The notes: generated by a model from the letters alone, not told the origin. Numbered from the stretch's first letter, positions 29,344 to 40,170 are shown. The stretch is 64,000 nt of DNA from an uncultured delta proteobacterium (GCA_963796685.1 CAWCMR010000001.1:93053-157052), one strand, 5' to 3'. Translations and numbers: made by a program.

Positions 29344-32300
29344 TCAGTCTTGTGCTCTTATGTAGACGTCAACTCCTCCGTTGACTATTCCTGGCACGGC
29401 TAGTTGGAAGATCTGCGGCACCAGGCACATCTGGGGAACTACAGCGTTGCTGATGCGCGGTGTTCTTCCAGCGAGTTGTCCCGAGCTGTTGAGCACCCAC
29501 AGTCTCGAATAGACTTCCGCCTCCTGATAATAATTATTGTATGAGAAGCTGTCGATGCCATAGCTAAGAACCAAGTCGCCCGTAGCTGGGCTGATCAGCT
29601 CGACGCCACGATTTCCGGACGCGCAACCGCTAAATTCCAGAGCAAAGCCAAAGTCGATTTCCCATTCTCCGTCTGCAACCTGCGCGACACTCAAGTGCAA
29701 GAGATCGTAGGGCGAAGTGCTCCAAAACCAGGAGCTTGGCGAAGACACCACAGGAATTCCCGAAGACACGTCGATGTAGACTGGTATGCCTGTTGGGCTT
29801 GGCATGGTCCCGTCTACGCACGTCGTCGTAGCGATGGAGCAGGTGCCTGCCGCGCAAGTCTTGCCGGAAGAACACACGTTGCCGCAGGCACCGCAGTCGT
29901 TCGGGCTGGTCTGCAGATTCACACAAACGTTGCCACAAGAGGTCATGCCAGCCGGGCATACCGAGGTACAAACACCGCTCACGCACGTCGCGCCGGTCTG
30001 GCAGGCGGCCCCGCAGGCTCCGCAGTTGTTGGCATCGCTGTTCGTGTCGACACAAACCGACCCGCAGGCGGTCAGGTTGGTAGCCTCGCATGTGCTCGGA
30101 ATAGAACCGCTCGAACCACCGGCCGCACCACCTGTTGCAGCAGAGCTACCGTCAAGCGGCGTTCCTCCCGCAGCGCCCGAGCCACCAGTTCCCCCAGTGC
30201 CACCGTCAGGCGTCGCGTCGCTTTCCGAACCACCCGTGCCTCCAAGGGCAAGGGCAAAGTCGACCTCTGCAATCGCGCCGATAGTAACGGTCGCCGTCTG
30301 TGGGTTGAGTGTAGCGGTTTCGCCCGTCGGTGGGCGGATGCGGAGTTGGTAGCTACCTGCGGACACCTGGTTTATCAAGTAGGTTCCAGTGGTGTCAGTA
30401 AGCGTGCTCGCAAACGTCGCGCCGGTGCTGTCCAGCGCGTCGACTTCTACGCCAGCTACTGCCCCAAAAGGGTCGGTGATATGCCCGGAAATAGTGCCCA
30501 TATCGGTTTGTAAAGTTCCGACTACGATGGCTCGCGTCGCAGCGTTGTTTGAGGTGACCTGGTCCGTGAAGGTCAGGCTCGGATCGATGTCGACCTCGAC
30601 AATGTAGATTCCCTCGCCCTGGCTTTTCCAGGACGCGTACACGACGCGTGAGCCGTAGTCCGGGCTTCCGACGGACAAGCTCGCAATCGTCGTTTTGCCG
30701 ATCCATACCTTGCTCGTCGAACCCGCCGCGGTCACATAGATGTTGATTGGCACGTCGGTTGCAGCACTCGTCGGGGCCGATGACCAGAAGTGAATCTGAG
30801 CCGCAATCGTAATCTCCTCATTCTCGGCTGGGTTGTTCTTGGAGAAGGCGATGTCATCCGAAACCACGCGAAGATCGCTCAGCGGAACCGTCGCGGGCGG
30901 CACCGCAGGCTGACCGCCGGCCCACGACCACGTCCAGCTCCCGCCGCCAGAACCACCGGGCGATGGGACGTAGTTCCATTGGCCTGGCCCCCACTCCGCC
31001 GGTGGGGAACCTGGCGGTGGCGGCGCGGGCGGCAGCGGGATGACGTTGAACACCAGTTGGCGCGTTCCACTCAGCGTCTGGTCGGAGACGCTCATCCTCA
31101 TCTGATGGGCGCCGACCAAGGCAGGGGCGAGCAAGGTCTGGGAGAAATTCCCGTTGGTGTCCGTGTAGACGGTTCCAAAAATCGAGGAGGTACCATCAGG
31201 AGCCACGAGCGTGATATCAACCAGCCCGCCTTTCACCGGGTAGCTGGTGTTTCTGACTCCGCCGACCAGCACATCGTAGATGGCTTGCCCGCTGAGAGTG
31301 AAGAAGGATGATGAGTAAATGCTCGACGGAAGACTGCCTGTGACCAGGATGTTGGCGAGCGTGGTCGGGGTCGAGATACGAAGGATGGTCGAGGCATCGT
31401 TGTCGGTCTTGTCGCTCTCCGTAACAAGCCCGGCGGGGTCGACCACGGCCTCGATCACATGGTCTCCGCCTCCCGTTGTGGAGAAGGTGAAGGACACACT
31501 ACCAACTCCATTGGGAGGCAACGCCGTAAGCGTCGTCTGACCGACTGGATTACCGAAATCGAGCAACTGCACTATCGCCTGCGGAGACGCTACGACTCCG
31601 AGATTGTGGACGTTCACCGTCACCGTCGCCGATGAGCTCGTGCTCGCGGCGAGACTGATGTCGTTGGCGCTGATAGCCAGGTCCGGCAAGGGGGCGGTCC
31701 CTGGAACCTGAATGGTAACGTCGATGGTCGAGTAAAGCACGTTGCCATCGTCGGTCGAGATCTGAAGTAACACATTATCGTAAGTACCAACAGAGGCTTG
31801 GGTAGCGTCCACAGTAACGGCAGCCGCCGCGGTCGCACCAGGCGGGGTGGCGAGGGCACCCGTCGGCGAGACAAAGAAAGCAACACCCGCAGGCGGATTC
31901 ACGACGGCGAGAGTTGCCGAGTGAGGAGCCGTTCCGGTGTTCGTCAAGTAGACGGAGATGGTTTGTTGCGTTCCCTGCTGGACGGTGAATGCGTAGCTAC
32001 ATGATGTCTGAATCGCGGTTCCGCAAAGACTACCTGCCGAAGTGTAAACGACGCTGATATCGAAGTCGAACCGGGTGTTTAGCCCCAAGGCGTCCGTGAC
32101 TGTCGCCGACACTGTGAAGGTAATGGCTCCGCTCGCCGGTGCGGTCCATGTGACCTGCGAGCCTCCCGTGGTGTCACTCTGCCCAGAAAGAGTGCCGCCC
32201 GACGCCAGCCAGGCGAAGGTCATGGCATTGGCCTGAGGATCGGTCGCCGTGACAACAAACGTTGCGCTAGCTCCGGCATTCACGCTATCCGCCGATTGCA

Positions 32301-33345
32301 CGCTGGCGGTGATTGCCGGCGCTTCTAGCAGTGGTGGCTTGCCGACTGGCAAGACCGTTTGGCCGCTTGTCGTTCCGCCGCGGCCATCGCTGACTGCGAC
32401 ATCGAATTCACAGCTCGTGTCAGTGTCGGAAGCCGATAACGTAAAAGTGGTCGCCGAGGCATTGGCGGCGCTGAACACCCCAGAGACGCAGGTGCTTGTC
32501 CAAGCGTAGGTCAATGGATCGTTGTCGACATCGCTGGCGACCACCATTAGCGAGACCGGCTGACCGAGCGCCACGTACCCGGGCGCTGCCACCATGTCCG
32601 TGACGACCGGCCACGTGTTGAGGCTGACGGCGACAGCAGCCTGCCCGGTGCCATTGGCGTTCGAGACATGCACACGCACAGACGCCGAGGTCGTCGCACC
32701 GGAGTCGTCCGTGAGAGTCACGGTCATCGTAACGTCGCCCTCAGTGCCAGGCGCGGTCCACGTGGTAGTCGCTGCTGTGGAAGCCGAGAAACTGCCAACG
32801 GGCGGATTTGTCGACCACGCAAAGCCGATGGTGTCGCCGGCATTCGGGTCGTGCCCTGTCACCTTCGCAGTCACGGTTGCGCCAGGAACGATTGCGGTCG
32901 AAGAGACCAGCAGAGAATCTATAATGGGCGGGGAGTTCTTGAAGGGCGTCGGAGCGGTGGTCTGTTGGGCCGTGATCAGCACGGCGGTCACCTGGTCCTT
33001 TAGAATGGCTACGCTGGTTGCGACGCCGGCATAGATTGGCTGGTTGTTGACGTCGTTCGCACTGACTGTGAAAACATAGTTACTGCCCACCGGTAGCGAT
33101 CCGACGAGAGCGCCCCAGTTCTTGTCGTCGCGAGAACTAAGGGCGACACTTCGTGGTGCCAGAAGGGGCGGCCCAGAAATCGTCGCCGTCACGGAAATCA
33201 CGTCCTTAGCATCGAGGGCGTGAACGGTAATATCTGCGCCACCGGTTGTGCTGGAGCTGGCGTGGCAGCCGGCTACGCCCAAGCCCACAAGAGCTACCAG
33301 TGACAACCGCAAGCCGGATCGACCGTGAAATTCGGAAGGCGACAT
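29344..33345 (-). CDS. Large surface lipoprotein with Ig/PKD-like repeats, CARDB, carboxypeptidase-regulatory-like and Stig1-like Cys repeats
   Basis: Lipobox VAGC; repeated D.D.D...YAW units; VDPAGLVTESDKTDN (CARDB); CVD...D..NCGACG..C repeats. Confidence 0.8.
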   Translation of the reverse strand: MSPSEFHGRSGLRLSLVALVGLGVAGCHASSSTTGGADITVHALDAKDVISVTATISGPPLLAPRSVALSSRDDKNWGALVGSLPVGSNYVFTVSANDVNNQPIYAGVATSVAILKDQVTAVLITAQQTTAPTPFKNSPPIIDSLLVSSTAIVPGATVTAKVTGHDPNAGDTIGFAWSTNPPVGSFSASTAATTTWTAPGTEGDVTMTVTLTDDSGATTSASVRVHVSNANGTGQAAVAVSLNTWPVVTDMVAAPGYVALGQPVSLMVVASDVDNDPLTYAWTSTCVSGVFSAANASATTFTLSASDTDTSCEFDVAVSDGRGGTTSGQTVLPVGKPPLLEAPAITASVQSADSVNAGASATFVVTATDPQANAMTFAWLASGGTLSGQSDTTGGSQVTWTAPASGAITFTVSATVTDALGLNTRFDFDISVVYTSAGSLCGTAIQTSCSYAFTVQQGTQQTISVYLTNTGTAPHSATLAVVNPPAGVAFFVSPTGALATPPGATAAAAVTVDATQASVGTYDNVLLQISTDDGNVLYSTIDVTIQVPGTAPLPDLAISANDISLAASTSSSATVTVNVHNLGVVASPQAIVQLLDFGNPVGQTTLTALPPNGVGSVSFTFSTTGGGDHVIEAVVDPAGLVTESDKTDNDASTILRISTPTTLANILVTGSLPSSIYSSSFFTLSGQAIYDVLVGGVRNTSYPVKGGLVDITLVAPDGTSSIFGTVYTDTNGNFSQTLLAPALVGAHQMRMSVSDQTLSGTRQLVFNVIPLPPAPPPPGSPPAEWGPGQWNYVPSPGGSGGGSWTWSWAGGQPAVPPATVPLSDLRVVSDDIAFSKNNPAENEEITIAAQIHFWSSAPTSAATDVPINIYVTAAGSTSKVWIGKTTIASLSVGSPDYGSRVVYASWKSQGEGIYIVEVDIDPSLTFTDQVTSNNAATRAIVVGTLQTDMGTISGHITDPFGAVAGVEVDALDSTGATFASTLTDTTGTYLINQVSAGSYQLRIRPPTGETATLNPQTATVTIGAIAEVDFALALGGTGGSESDATPDGGTGGTGGSGAAGGTPLDGSSAATGGAAGGSSGSIPSTCEATNLTACGSVCVDTNSDANNCGACGAACQTGATCVSGVCTSVCPAGMTSCGNVCVNLQTSPNDCGACGNVCSSGKTCAAGTCSIATTTCVDGTMPSPTGIPVYIDVSSGIPVVSSPSSWFWSTSPYDLLHLSVAQVADGEWEIDFGFALEFSGCASGNRGVELISPATGDLVLSYGIDSFSYNNYYQEAEVYSRLWVLNSSGQLAGRTPRISNAVVPQMCLVPQIFQLAVPGIVNGGVDVYIRAQD

Positions 33346-33563
33346 GGATGGCTCCTTGTTTTACCGGCAAGTACCCTAATACCGGGCTGCGTTTTCGAAG
33401 GTCACGGTTGTGGAACAGTTCGATTTGCGATGCGCGGTCGCCGTCCGCCAAGTCCGCACCGCCAGCATGCGAGTGTCCGGACTGTTCGGCGATGTCATGG
33501 ATACGCAGTTCCAGCCTAGCGCGTACATGGGAATCTGGCAGGCAGGCGATGAGCCCTTCACGC

Positions 33564-33775
33564 TCAGGCGACCATTCCGTACTCGTGATGAAGCCCTCCG
33601 AGCACCGGTCGCCTACGAACATGGCACGCTGGCGTTGGCCGCACAGGTGGAAGCCAACGTGCGCCGATCGGTGCCTGCATCCGGAGCCCGCGATGAGGGC
33701 GGGCGTGGTAGTAGCCACGCCTAGTCGCGCGGGACGCGCTCGACATGGCGGTCGTTGAGCACGATGACGTTGTTG
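33564..33775 (-). mobile_element. Integrase-core (rve) transposase C-terminal remnant
   Basis: VIVLNDRHVERV then, after a frameshift, YYHARPHRGL...RPVLGGLHHEY. Confidence 0.65.
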
Positions 33776-33873
33776 GGGCTTTTGACCCGCCAGGGTGCCG
33801 AGAGCCCTCGGGCCCCAGCTTGAGCTTGCGGTTCTTGGGCGCAGCCTCGCCCGCGCCGCGGAGGCGCACCTCT

Positions 33874-34953
33874 TCACTCCAGCCCGCGCGGCTGCGTGAG
33901 CGACGCCGCCATCTTGTTGCACGCCTCGGCTTCCTGGCGGGCTCCGACCTCACCGTCGGCGAGCTGCTTGTGAATCCCGACGAACCGGTCTTCGCATCGG
34001 ACGAAGGAGTCCACGACTGCGGGATCGAAGTGTGTTCCGCTCTCCTTCAAGATGATGGGTTTGGCGATGTCATGTCCGAAGGCTTGCTTGTAGACGCGTT
34101 TCGAGGTGAGCGCATCGTACACGTCGGCCACCGCCACGATTCTCGCGCACAAGGGGATTGCCGAGCCCTCCAAGCCGGCCGGATACCCCGAACCATTCCA
34201 CCATTCGTGGTGACCAGCAGCGATGTCACGTGCCATCCGAAGGAATTTGGCTTCGGGATATCGAGCGAGCGCCGCAGCCAGCGTCTGGGTCCCGATCACC
34301 GTGTGCGCCTTCATGATCTCGAATTCACGATCGGTCAGCTTGCCTGCTTTGAGCAAGACCGCATCTGGGATGCCCACCTTTCCGATATCGTGCAAGGGAG
34401 CCGTCGCATACACCAGGCGCACGAACTCTTCGTCGATCTGGTCGGCGTAGGGAGGCCTACCCTTCAGATCGGTGGCGAGTGTCCGCGCGTATCGTTGCAC
34501 GCGCTCGAGGTGCAGTCCTGTCTCTGGATCTCGCGACTCCGCGAGCTTCGCCATGGCGAATATGGCCACATCGCGTGTCTCGAGCCCCACGATTCTCTCG
34601 CCGGCGCGCACGCGAACCAGCAACTCCGCCGGATCGAAGGGCTTGGTGATGAAGTCGTCCGCTCCCGCGGACAATCCCGCCAGCTTCGATTCTCGCGAGT
34701 CATGCCCGGTCAGCAGAATCATGTACACATAGCTGCCGAGCCAATCCGCGGCTCGCACTGCCCTGCATAGATCAAGGCCGGTCAATCCGGGCATCTCCCA
34801 ATCGGCGATGACCAGGCGACAGTCGCGCGACCGGATGCACTCCAGTGCCTCGGCGCCATTGGACGCGGTTAGAACTTCGTGACCGGCTTCCCCGAGCACG
34901 TCCTCCAACAGCACGAGGGCAATGTCATCGTCGTCTGCAATCAATATGCGCAT
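33874..34953 (-). CDS. REC-HD-GYP cyclic di-GMP phosphodiesterase response regulator
   Basis: REC (ADDD, DWEMP, KPF); LHDIGK, HHEWWNGSGYP and ADVYDAL. Confidence 0.92.
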   Translation of the reverse strand: MRILIADDDDIALVLLEDVLGEAGHEVLTASNGAEALECIRSRDCRLVIADWEMPGLTGLDLCRAVRAADWLGSYVYMILLTGHDSRESKLAGLSAGADDFITKPFDPAELLVRVRAGERIVGLETRDVAIFAMAKLAESRDPETGLHLERVQRYARTLATDLKGRPPYADQIDEEFVRLVYATAPLHDIGKVGIPDAVLLKAGKLTDREFEIMKAHTVIGTQTLAAALARYPEAKFLRMARDIAAGHHEWWNGSGYPAGLEGSAIPLCARIVAVADVYDALTSKRVYKQAFGHDIAKPIILKESGTHFDPAVVDSFVRCEDRFVGIHKQLADGEVGARQEAEACNKMAASLTQPRGLE

Positions 34954-34972
34954 GAGTGGCTCCTATCGGACT

Positions 34973-37900
34973 TCATCGGCCGTTTCCCTCGCGAAGGTTC
35001 GCCCTCGTCGACGGGATCTCGGTAAGCAAGGTCTGAATCTCTCTCTCGAGTTGGACGACCATGGGTCTGACGTTTTCCATGTCTCCGTTCGCGCCAAGTG
35101 TCTCCGCACTGCATGCCAGACGCGACAAAGGATCGGCACCCATGTGGGCCGAGGCGCTCTTGAGCCCGTGCGCGAGCCGCGCCAGCAAGGCCGCATCGCC
35201 GCTTGCAGCGGACGCCTGGAGCTGTTCCAAATCCTTCGGCAAGCGCTGCTCGAATTTGCCCAGAAGAGTCAAGGCAAGGTTGGCTTTACCGCGACATTGC
35301 GCAAGCAACGCCTCCACGTCGATGCACGGTTGCGCGAGCTGGGCCGGCCCTTCTCCCGCCGCGGCGGGCGTGGCATCGATCCAAGCTCGGATCGCAGCCT
35401 CCAGCGCCTCGGGATCGATGGGCTTGGTGACACAGTCGTCCATGCCGGCGGCCAGGCATCGCTCTCGATCGCCCTTCACGGCGTTGGCGGTCAGCGCGAC
35501 AACCGGCAGTCGTTTGCCGCGCGCGCAGAAGCTGCGACCTTGCCGTTCGTGCTCGCGAATCCGTCGAGTCGCCTCGTATCCATCCATTTCGGGCATCTGG
35601 CAATCCATCAGCACCAAGTCGAACGGGGCTGCCTCCAAAGTCGCCAGTGCTTCCTTCCCGTTGTTGACGATGTGGCACGCCCAACCCTTGTCCGCCAGCA
35701 AGTCCCGCACGACTTCCTGGTTCACTTCATGATCCTCTACGACCAGGATCTTCTCCGTCTTGCGGCCGGACGCCGTCGCCGCGAGACCAGAAGCCCGGGT
35801 ACTGTGCCCCGGATCGAGGACCGCAGCTTCGGGCAAGCGCCGTTCAACTGCCCGAGGGTTTGCGCGAGCCAACAGGGCAACGATGGCGTCCAGCAGCCTG
35901 GATTTGCCAACGGGTTTGATCAGCACTGTCTCTATGTCGAGTCGGTGCAACGCCGCTTTCTCCTCATCCAGATCGACCGAGCTGAGGATGAGGATGGCAG
36001 GCTGCTTCCAAGCCCCTTCTCGAAGAACCCTGGCCAACTCCAGTCCGGTCATGTCCGGCATCTGCATGTCGATGATGAGCAGATCGAAGGGCGCATGATC
36101 CGCGGTCGCCCGCGACATGGCCCGCAATGCCTGCGCGCAGTCTGGCGCTGTCTGAACTACCATCCCACTACCGCTCAGCTCTTCCACCAGGATTTCGCGA
36201 TTGGTGGAATTGTCGTCGACGGCGAGGACGCGCAGGCCTGCCAGATTGGGTGGCATCGACGGAGCCGCTTGCCTAGGTGCTGCGATGGTCTCTACACCGA
36301 TGGTGAACCAGAAGGTCGCCCCCTTGCCCGCCGCGCTTTGGACACCGATCTGTCCGCCCATCAGCTCGGTCAGCCGCTTGCAGATGGCCAGCCCCAGGCC
36401 CGTGCCCCCGAACCTGCGCGTCGTCGAGGCGTCGCCTTGTGAGAAGTCCTGGAAGAGCAGATGCATCTGTTCCTCGGCGATGCCGATACCCGTGTCGCGG
36501 ACCTCCACGCGAAGCACGTTCTCGGCGGCCATTCCGACCTCCACGACAACCTCTCCCTGGAGGGTGAACTTGAGCGCGTTGCTCACGAGATTGAGGAGAA
36601 TCTGGCGGAACCGGTCGCGATCCGTACGAACGAAGCGCGGCACACCTGGAAGAACGTGACAGACCAGCTCGAGGTTCTTTTCCGCCGCGCGCGGGCCGAA
36701 GGTCTCGACGGTCGCCTCAGTGCATGCAGGCAGATCGAAGCACGAGGCATCGAGCTGCAGCTTGCCGGCTTCGATCTTGGAGAAATCCAAAATGTCGTTG
36801 AGCAGAGACAGCAGCGCCTCGGCCGAGCTTCGTGCGGTCTCGGCGTAGCGGGCCTGGTTGGCGCTCAGTTGCGTCCTCGTCAACAGATGGAGCATCCCGA
36901 GGATACCGTTGAGCGGAGTGCGGATCTCGTGGCTCATGTTGGCAACGAAGGCGCTCTTGGCCTGATTCGCGACCTCGGCCTGTTCCTTGGCGATGCGAAG
37001 ATCCAGTTCCTGTGCGCGCCGCAGGGTCACGTCACTGGCCAGGGCAACGTAGTTGCGGACCAATCCGTCTTCGCCCTTGATTGGCTGCCCGCTGGTGGCG
37101 ACCCATACTTCGCGGCCGTCCTTTGCGACGACCGTCAATTCCTCTGAGAAGCTATCCCCACTGGCCATTCGCTCCTGGATGCGTAACCAAACTGTTCTTT
37201 CGGCAGAGGGAGCAGCCAGGAAGCTCGAAGGGCGACGGCCGATCGACGCTTCGGCTTGGTAGCCGGTGATGCGCGTGAAGCTCTCGTTGACCCACTCGAT
37301 GCACCCGTCGACGGTGAGAAGCAGAGCGGCGACATCGGACTGGGCAACGATCGAGGCCAGCTTGTGACTCTCTTCCTCGCTCTTGCGATATGCGGTGGTC
37401 ATCTCGCGGGCCAGGGCGATGGCTCGGCCGCGCGTCCGGCTGAGCACCCATAGCACACTCGACAGCAAGATGGTGATCACGAGGCCGGAGAGCAGGACGA
37501 CGGTGGAGGTCTGGATGCCAGGAGATGCCGTCAGGACAGAGGTCGGCTGGATCCGCAGTGTCCACGTGCGGCCCGCGAAGTCCATGCTCACGAGCTTTGC
37601 CATGCTGGGTATGCTGGCGCGCACGGCCGCCTTGTCTGGCGGCAGGCCAAGACGATGCTCGTCCGTGAGGTCGCTGCCGTCGAAGATCTCCAGCCTGAGC
37701 AGTTCGTTCCCGCCGCCACTGACGTCCAGAGCCAACTCGTTGACATCCACCAGAGCGACAACCCATCCTTGAACTGACTTCCGGCGGTCTTCGACCAGGA
37801 AGCTGCCTTGAAGAGCGCTTGAGTAGACCGGAAGACAAAGCAGCACGACGGACTCGCTGCCTCGGTCGCCGACGGCGATACGGTCAGACACCGATGGCAT

Positions 37901-38365
37901 ATCGGTGTCGGCGGAGTATTCGAGGGCGGCTCGCACAGAAGGCCAGGTCGCCGCGTCCGCGCCGACGATGCCGTGGAAACGGGCTTCCGGGTGGAACCGC
38001 AGAATTGGATAGGCAGCCTTGCGTTGGAGGAGCCGATTGGATTCGTCTTCGCCGCCGCGTTCGATTCGCTGTACGTAGCCCATGCCTCGGATGGCGGGGA
38101 AGTTGCGGTCCAGGCCGAGACTGCTCACGAACTTCCCCCATTCGTCGCGTTCGACTTCCTTGGAGGCCACGAATAGGCCGGCGCTCGCGCGGAGCAGCCA
38201 CTCGTAGCCAACCAGCCGGTCGCTTATCGCAAGGGCGTATTGGGCAGCGGCGTTTTCAAATTGATATTGCGTGCGCGCGCGGCTTTGCTGGTCGACTTGC
38301 CATGAGGCAAAGACGGTGACGATCAACAGGACCACGACGGATGCAATCGGGACGGTCCTTCGCAT
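34973..38365 (-). CDS. Hybrid sensor kinase CHASE-PAS-HisKA-HATPase-REC-REC-Hpt
   Basis: TM-flanked CHASE-like region; NMSHEIRTPLNG, NLVSNALKFT, GGTGLGL; two receiver domains; AHGLKSAS Hpt. Confidence 0.92.
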   Translation of the reverse strand: MRRTVPIASVVVLLIVTVFASWQVDQQSRARTQYQFENAAAQYALAISDRLVGYEWLLRASAGLFVASKEVERDEWGKFVSSLGLDRNFPAIRGMGYVQRIERGGEDESNRLLQRKAAYPILRFHPEARFHGIVGADAATWPSVRAALEYSADTDMPSVSDRIAVGDRGSESVVLLCLPVYSSALQGSFLVEDRRKSVQGWVVALVDVNELALDVSGGGNELLRLEIFDGSDLTDEHRLGLPPDKAAVRASIPSMAKLVSMDFAGRTWTLRIQPTSVLTASPGIQTSTVVLLSGLVITILLSSVLWVLSRTRGRAIALAREMTTAYRKSEEESHKLASIVAQSDVAALLLTVDGCIEWVNESFTRITGYQAEASIGRRPSSFLAAPSAERTVWLRIQERMASGDSFSEELTVVAKDGREVWVATSGQPIKGEDGLVRNYVALASDVTLRRAQELDLRIAKEQAEVANQAKSAFVANMSHEIRTPLNGILGMLHLLTRTQLSANQARYAETARSSAEALLSLLNDILDFSKIEAGKLQLDASCFDLPACTEATVETFGPRAAEKNLELVCHVLPGVPRFVRTDRDRFRQILLNLVSNALKFTLQGEVVVEVGMAAENVLRVEVRDTGIGIAEEQMHLLFQDFSQGDASTTRRFGGTGLGLAICKRLTELMGGQIGVQSAAGKGATFWFTIGVETIAAPRQAAPSMPPNLAGLRVLAVDDNSTNREILVEELSGSGMVVQTAPDCAQALRAMSRATADHAPFDLLIIDMQMPDMTGLELARVLREGAWKQPAILILSSVDLDEEKAALHRLDIETVLIKPVGKSRLLDAIVALLARANPRAVERRLPEAAVLDPGHSTRASGLAATASGRKTEKILVVEDHEVNQEVVRDLLADKGWACHIVNNGKEALATLEAAPFDLVLMDCQMPEMDGYEATRRIREHERQGRSFCARGKRLPVVALTANAVKGDRERCLAAGMDDCVTKPIDPEALEAAIRAWIDATPAAAGEGPAQLAQPCIDVEALLAQCRGKANLALTLLGKFEQRLPKDLEQLQASAASGDAALLARLAHGLKSASAHMGADPLSRLACSAETLGANGDMENVRPMVVQLEREIQTLLTEIPSTRANLREGNGR

Positions 38366-38438
38366 CGACGTTGCTTCCTTGCCGCCTTTGTATACGGACG
38401 CCAGACTCTCTATGTTTCTATCGGATCGCCCGCACGCA

Positions 38439-39461
38439 TCAGCGGGTCTCCGACGTGAGGAGCTTCTCCATGGGCATGTTGACCTCGATGCCATTGAAGA
38501 CGCTGCCGGTCTTGCCGGTGGCGAATCGCTGCTGAACCAGCGCATACACGTCCTGCGGCAGCGGTATGTAGCCAGCTCGCTCGGTGAACCTTTGCGCGCC
38601 GGCTAGGTAGAAGTCGACAAAGGCCGCCACCTCGCGCCGTTTCGCCGAGGCTGCGTTGACGTAGATGAAAAGTGGTCGCGACAAGGGACGGTATTGACCG
38701 TTGCGGACGGTTTCGGGAGAAGGCATCACAGGCGGAAAGCCACCTTCATGAACCGCGATGGCCTTGAGCCCGTCCTGATATTTCAGGTACCAGGCATAGC
38801 CGAAGAACCCAAGGCTGCCGGGATGTTCGGCCACGTAGGGGGCCAGGACGTGCTCGTCTGGATGGGAGAAGTAGTCGCCTCGGATGGCTTTCTCCTTGCC
38901 GCAGATCGCCTTGGTGAAGTAGTCGAACGTGCCGTCCTCGGGAGTGGGGCCCGCGGGGAGGATAGGCCGCGCCGGCCAGCCGGGACGAATGTCCCGCCAC
39001 TTCTGGATGACACTGCCTGGCGCCCAGATGGCCTTCAACTCTGCCGTAGTCAGCTCGTCTGCCCACGTGGTCTCGCGGCTGGTGACCACCGTCAGGCCGT
39101 CAAAGGCGACAGGAAGCTCGATGACGTCGATGCTCCTGCCCTGCGCTTCTGCGACCTCGTTGGGCTCGATCGGGCGCGAGGCATCGGCAATGTCAATCTC
39201 TCCCTGGCATAACCGCTTGAGACCCCGGCCGGAGCCTGACAGGTCCACGCGAATGCCGACACGCGGCTGGCGGTTGCGAAACTCCCGCGCCACCAGGTCC
39301 GTGATGGGATAGACAGTGCTCGATCCGTCTATCGTGATGCGCCCAGAGACTTGCCCGCCCGGGGATCTCGTTGGCGCTGCCTTTGGGGGATCTTTGCAGC
39401 CGCAATGCCAGGCCATAGCCGTGGCCAGACAGATCCTGGTAATCACAACGGTAGTTCTCAT
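38439..39461 (-). CDS. pstS: Phosphate-binding protein PstS (no pstCAB adjacent)
   Basis: IDGSSTVYPI, SGSGRG, DASRPI, GTFDYF and YRPLSRPLFIYV motifs. Confidence 0.9.
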   Translation of the reverse strand: MRTTVVITRICLATAMAWHCGCKDPPKAAPTRSPGGQVSGRITIDGSSTVYPITDLVAREFRNRQPRVGIRVDLSGSGRGLKRLCQGEIDIADASRPIEPNEVAEAQGRSIDVIELPVAFDGLTVVTSRETTWADELTTAELKAIWAPGSVIQKWRDIRPGWPARPILPAGPTPEDGTFDYFTKAICGKEKAIRGDYFSHPDEHVLAPYVAEHPGSLGFFGYAWYLKYQDGLKAIAVHEGGFPPVMPSPETVRNGQYRPLSRPLFIYVNAASAKRREVAAFVDFYLAGAQRFTERAGYIPLPQDVYALVQQRFATGKTGSVFNGIEVNMPMEKLLTSETR

Positions 39462-39533
39462 GCTTCAACTTCTCGGACGCGGAAGAGGCATCCATGCAAT
39501 CGGCAAGCAGGCCGGAAAGGTTTAGCGGCGCTT

Positions 39534-39562
39534 TGCAACAGTTCTGCAACAGGTCATCACAG
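39534..39562 (-). promoter_or_regulatory. Pho-box-like repeat upstream of pstS
   Basis: Minus strand CTGTGAT-GAC-CTGTTGC-AGAA-CTGTTGC; the last two units are at 11-bp period. Confidence 0.55.
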
Positions 39563-39630
39563 AGCAATTCGCCATGTTCCGAGCCGCCAGATTGTAGCGG
39601 CAACGGCAATGCCCTCCCGTGAGCGTCCCG

Positions 39631-40092
39631 CTATGCGAAGACGGTCTCCCGGCTTCCGCGAATCACCTCGACGGAGCAAGGGGCTCTTGTTAGCACGGAC
39701 GACGCTAGGTCACCGCCAACCAGGAAACGCCGCAGGCGGGTGACTGTCGGCGAGCCAATCACGACCAGCTCGGCGGACCATTCCCGCGCCTCTTTCAGAA
39801 TCTCCATTTGCGGATGGCCAACTCGGACCTTGCCCTCAACTACCAACCCGCCGGTCTTCAGCGCTTCGACCGCGAGTTGAACCAGAATTCTGGCGTGACC
39901 AGCATCATCCCGTCGGCCTCGCAAGTCAGCGCGGAGAACCATTAGCATAGGTGGCGGCGGTGGCGGAATGCGATGCCGGGGCGCAACGGCGAGAACGAGA
40001 ACCTTCGCACCGGCCGGCCAGTGCCGCTGCCGAACCTCCTCGACTGCACGCGTGGAATCTTCGGAGTCATCGACGATCAAGAGGACTCTCAT
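39631..40092 (-). CDS. Universal stress protein
   Basis: VLLIVDDSEDS, GHPQMEIL, LVVIGS and APCSVEVIR motifs. Confidence 0.85.
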   Translation of the reverse strand: MRVLLIVDDSEDSTRAVEEVRQRHWPAGAKVLVLAVAPRHRIPPPPPPMLMVLRADLRGRRDDAGHARILVQLAVEALKTGGLVVEGKVRVGHPQMEILKEAREWSAELVVIGSPTVTRLRRFLVGGDLASSVLTRAPCSVEVIRGSRETVFA

Positions 40093-40170
40093 TGCTGCTC
40101 CTCCTGGGAGGCCTTTCATCCCAGCCTCACGATGCCCCTCAATGCACAATCGTCAACATGGTCCACCGTA

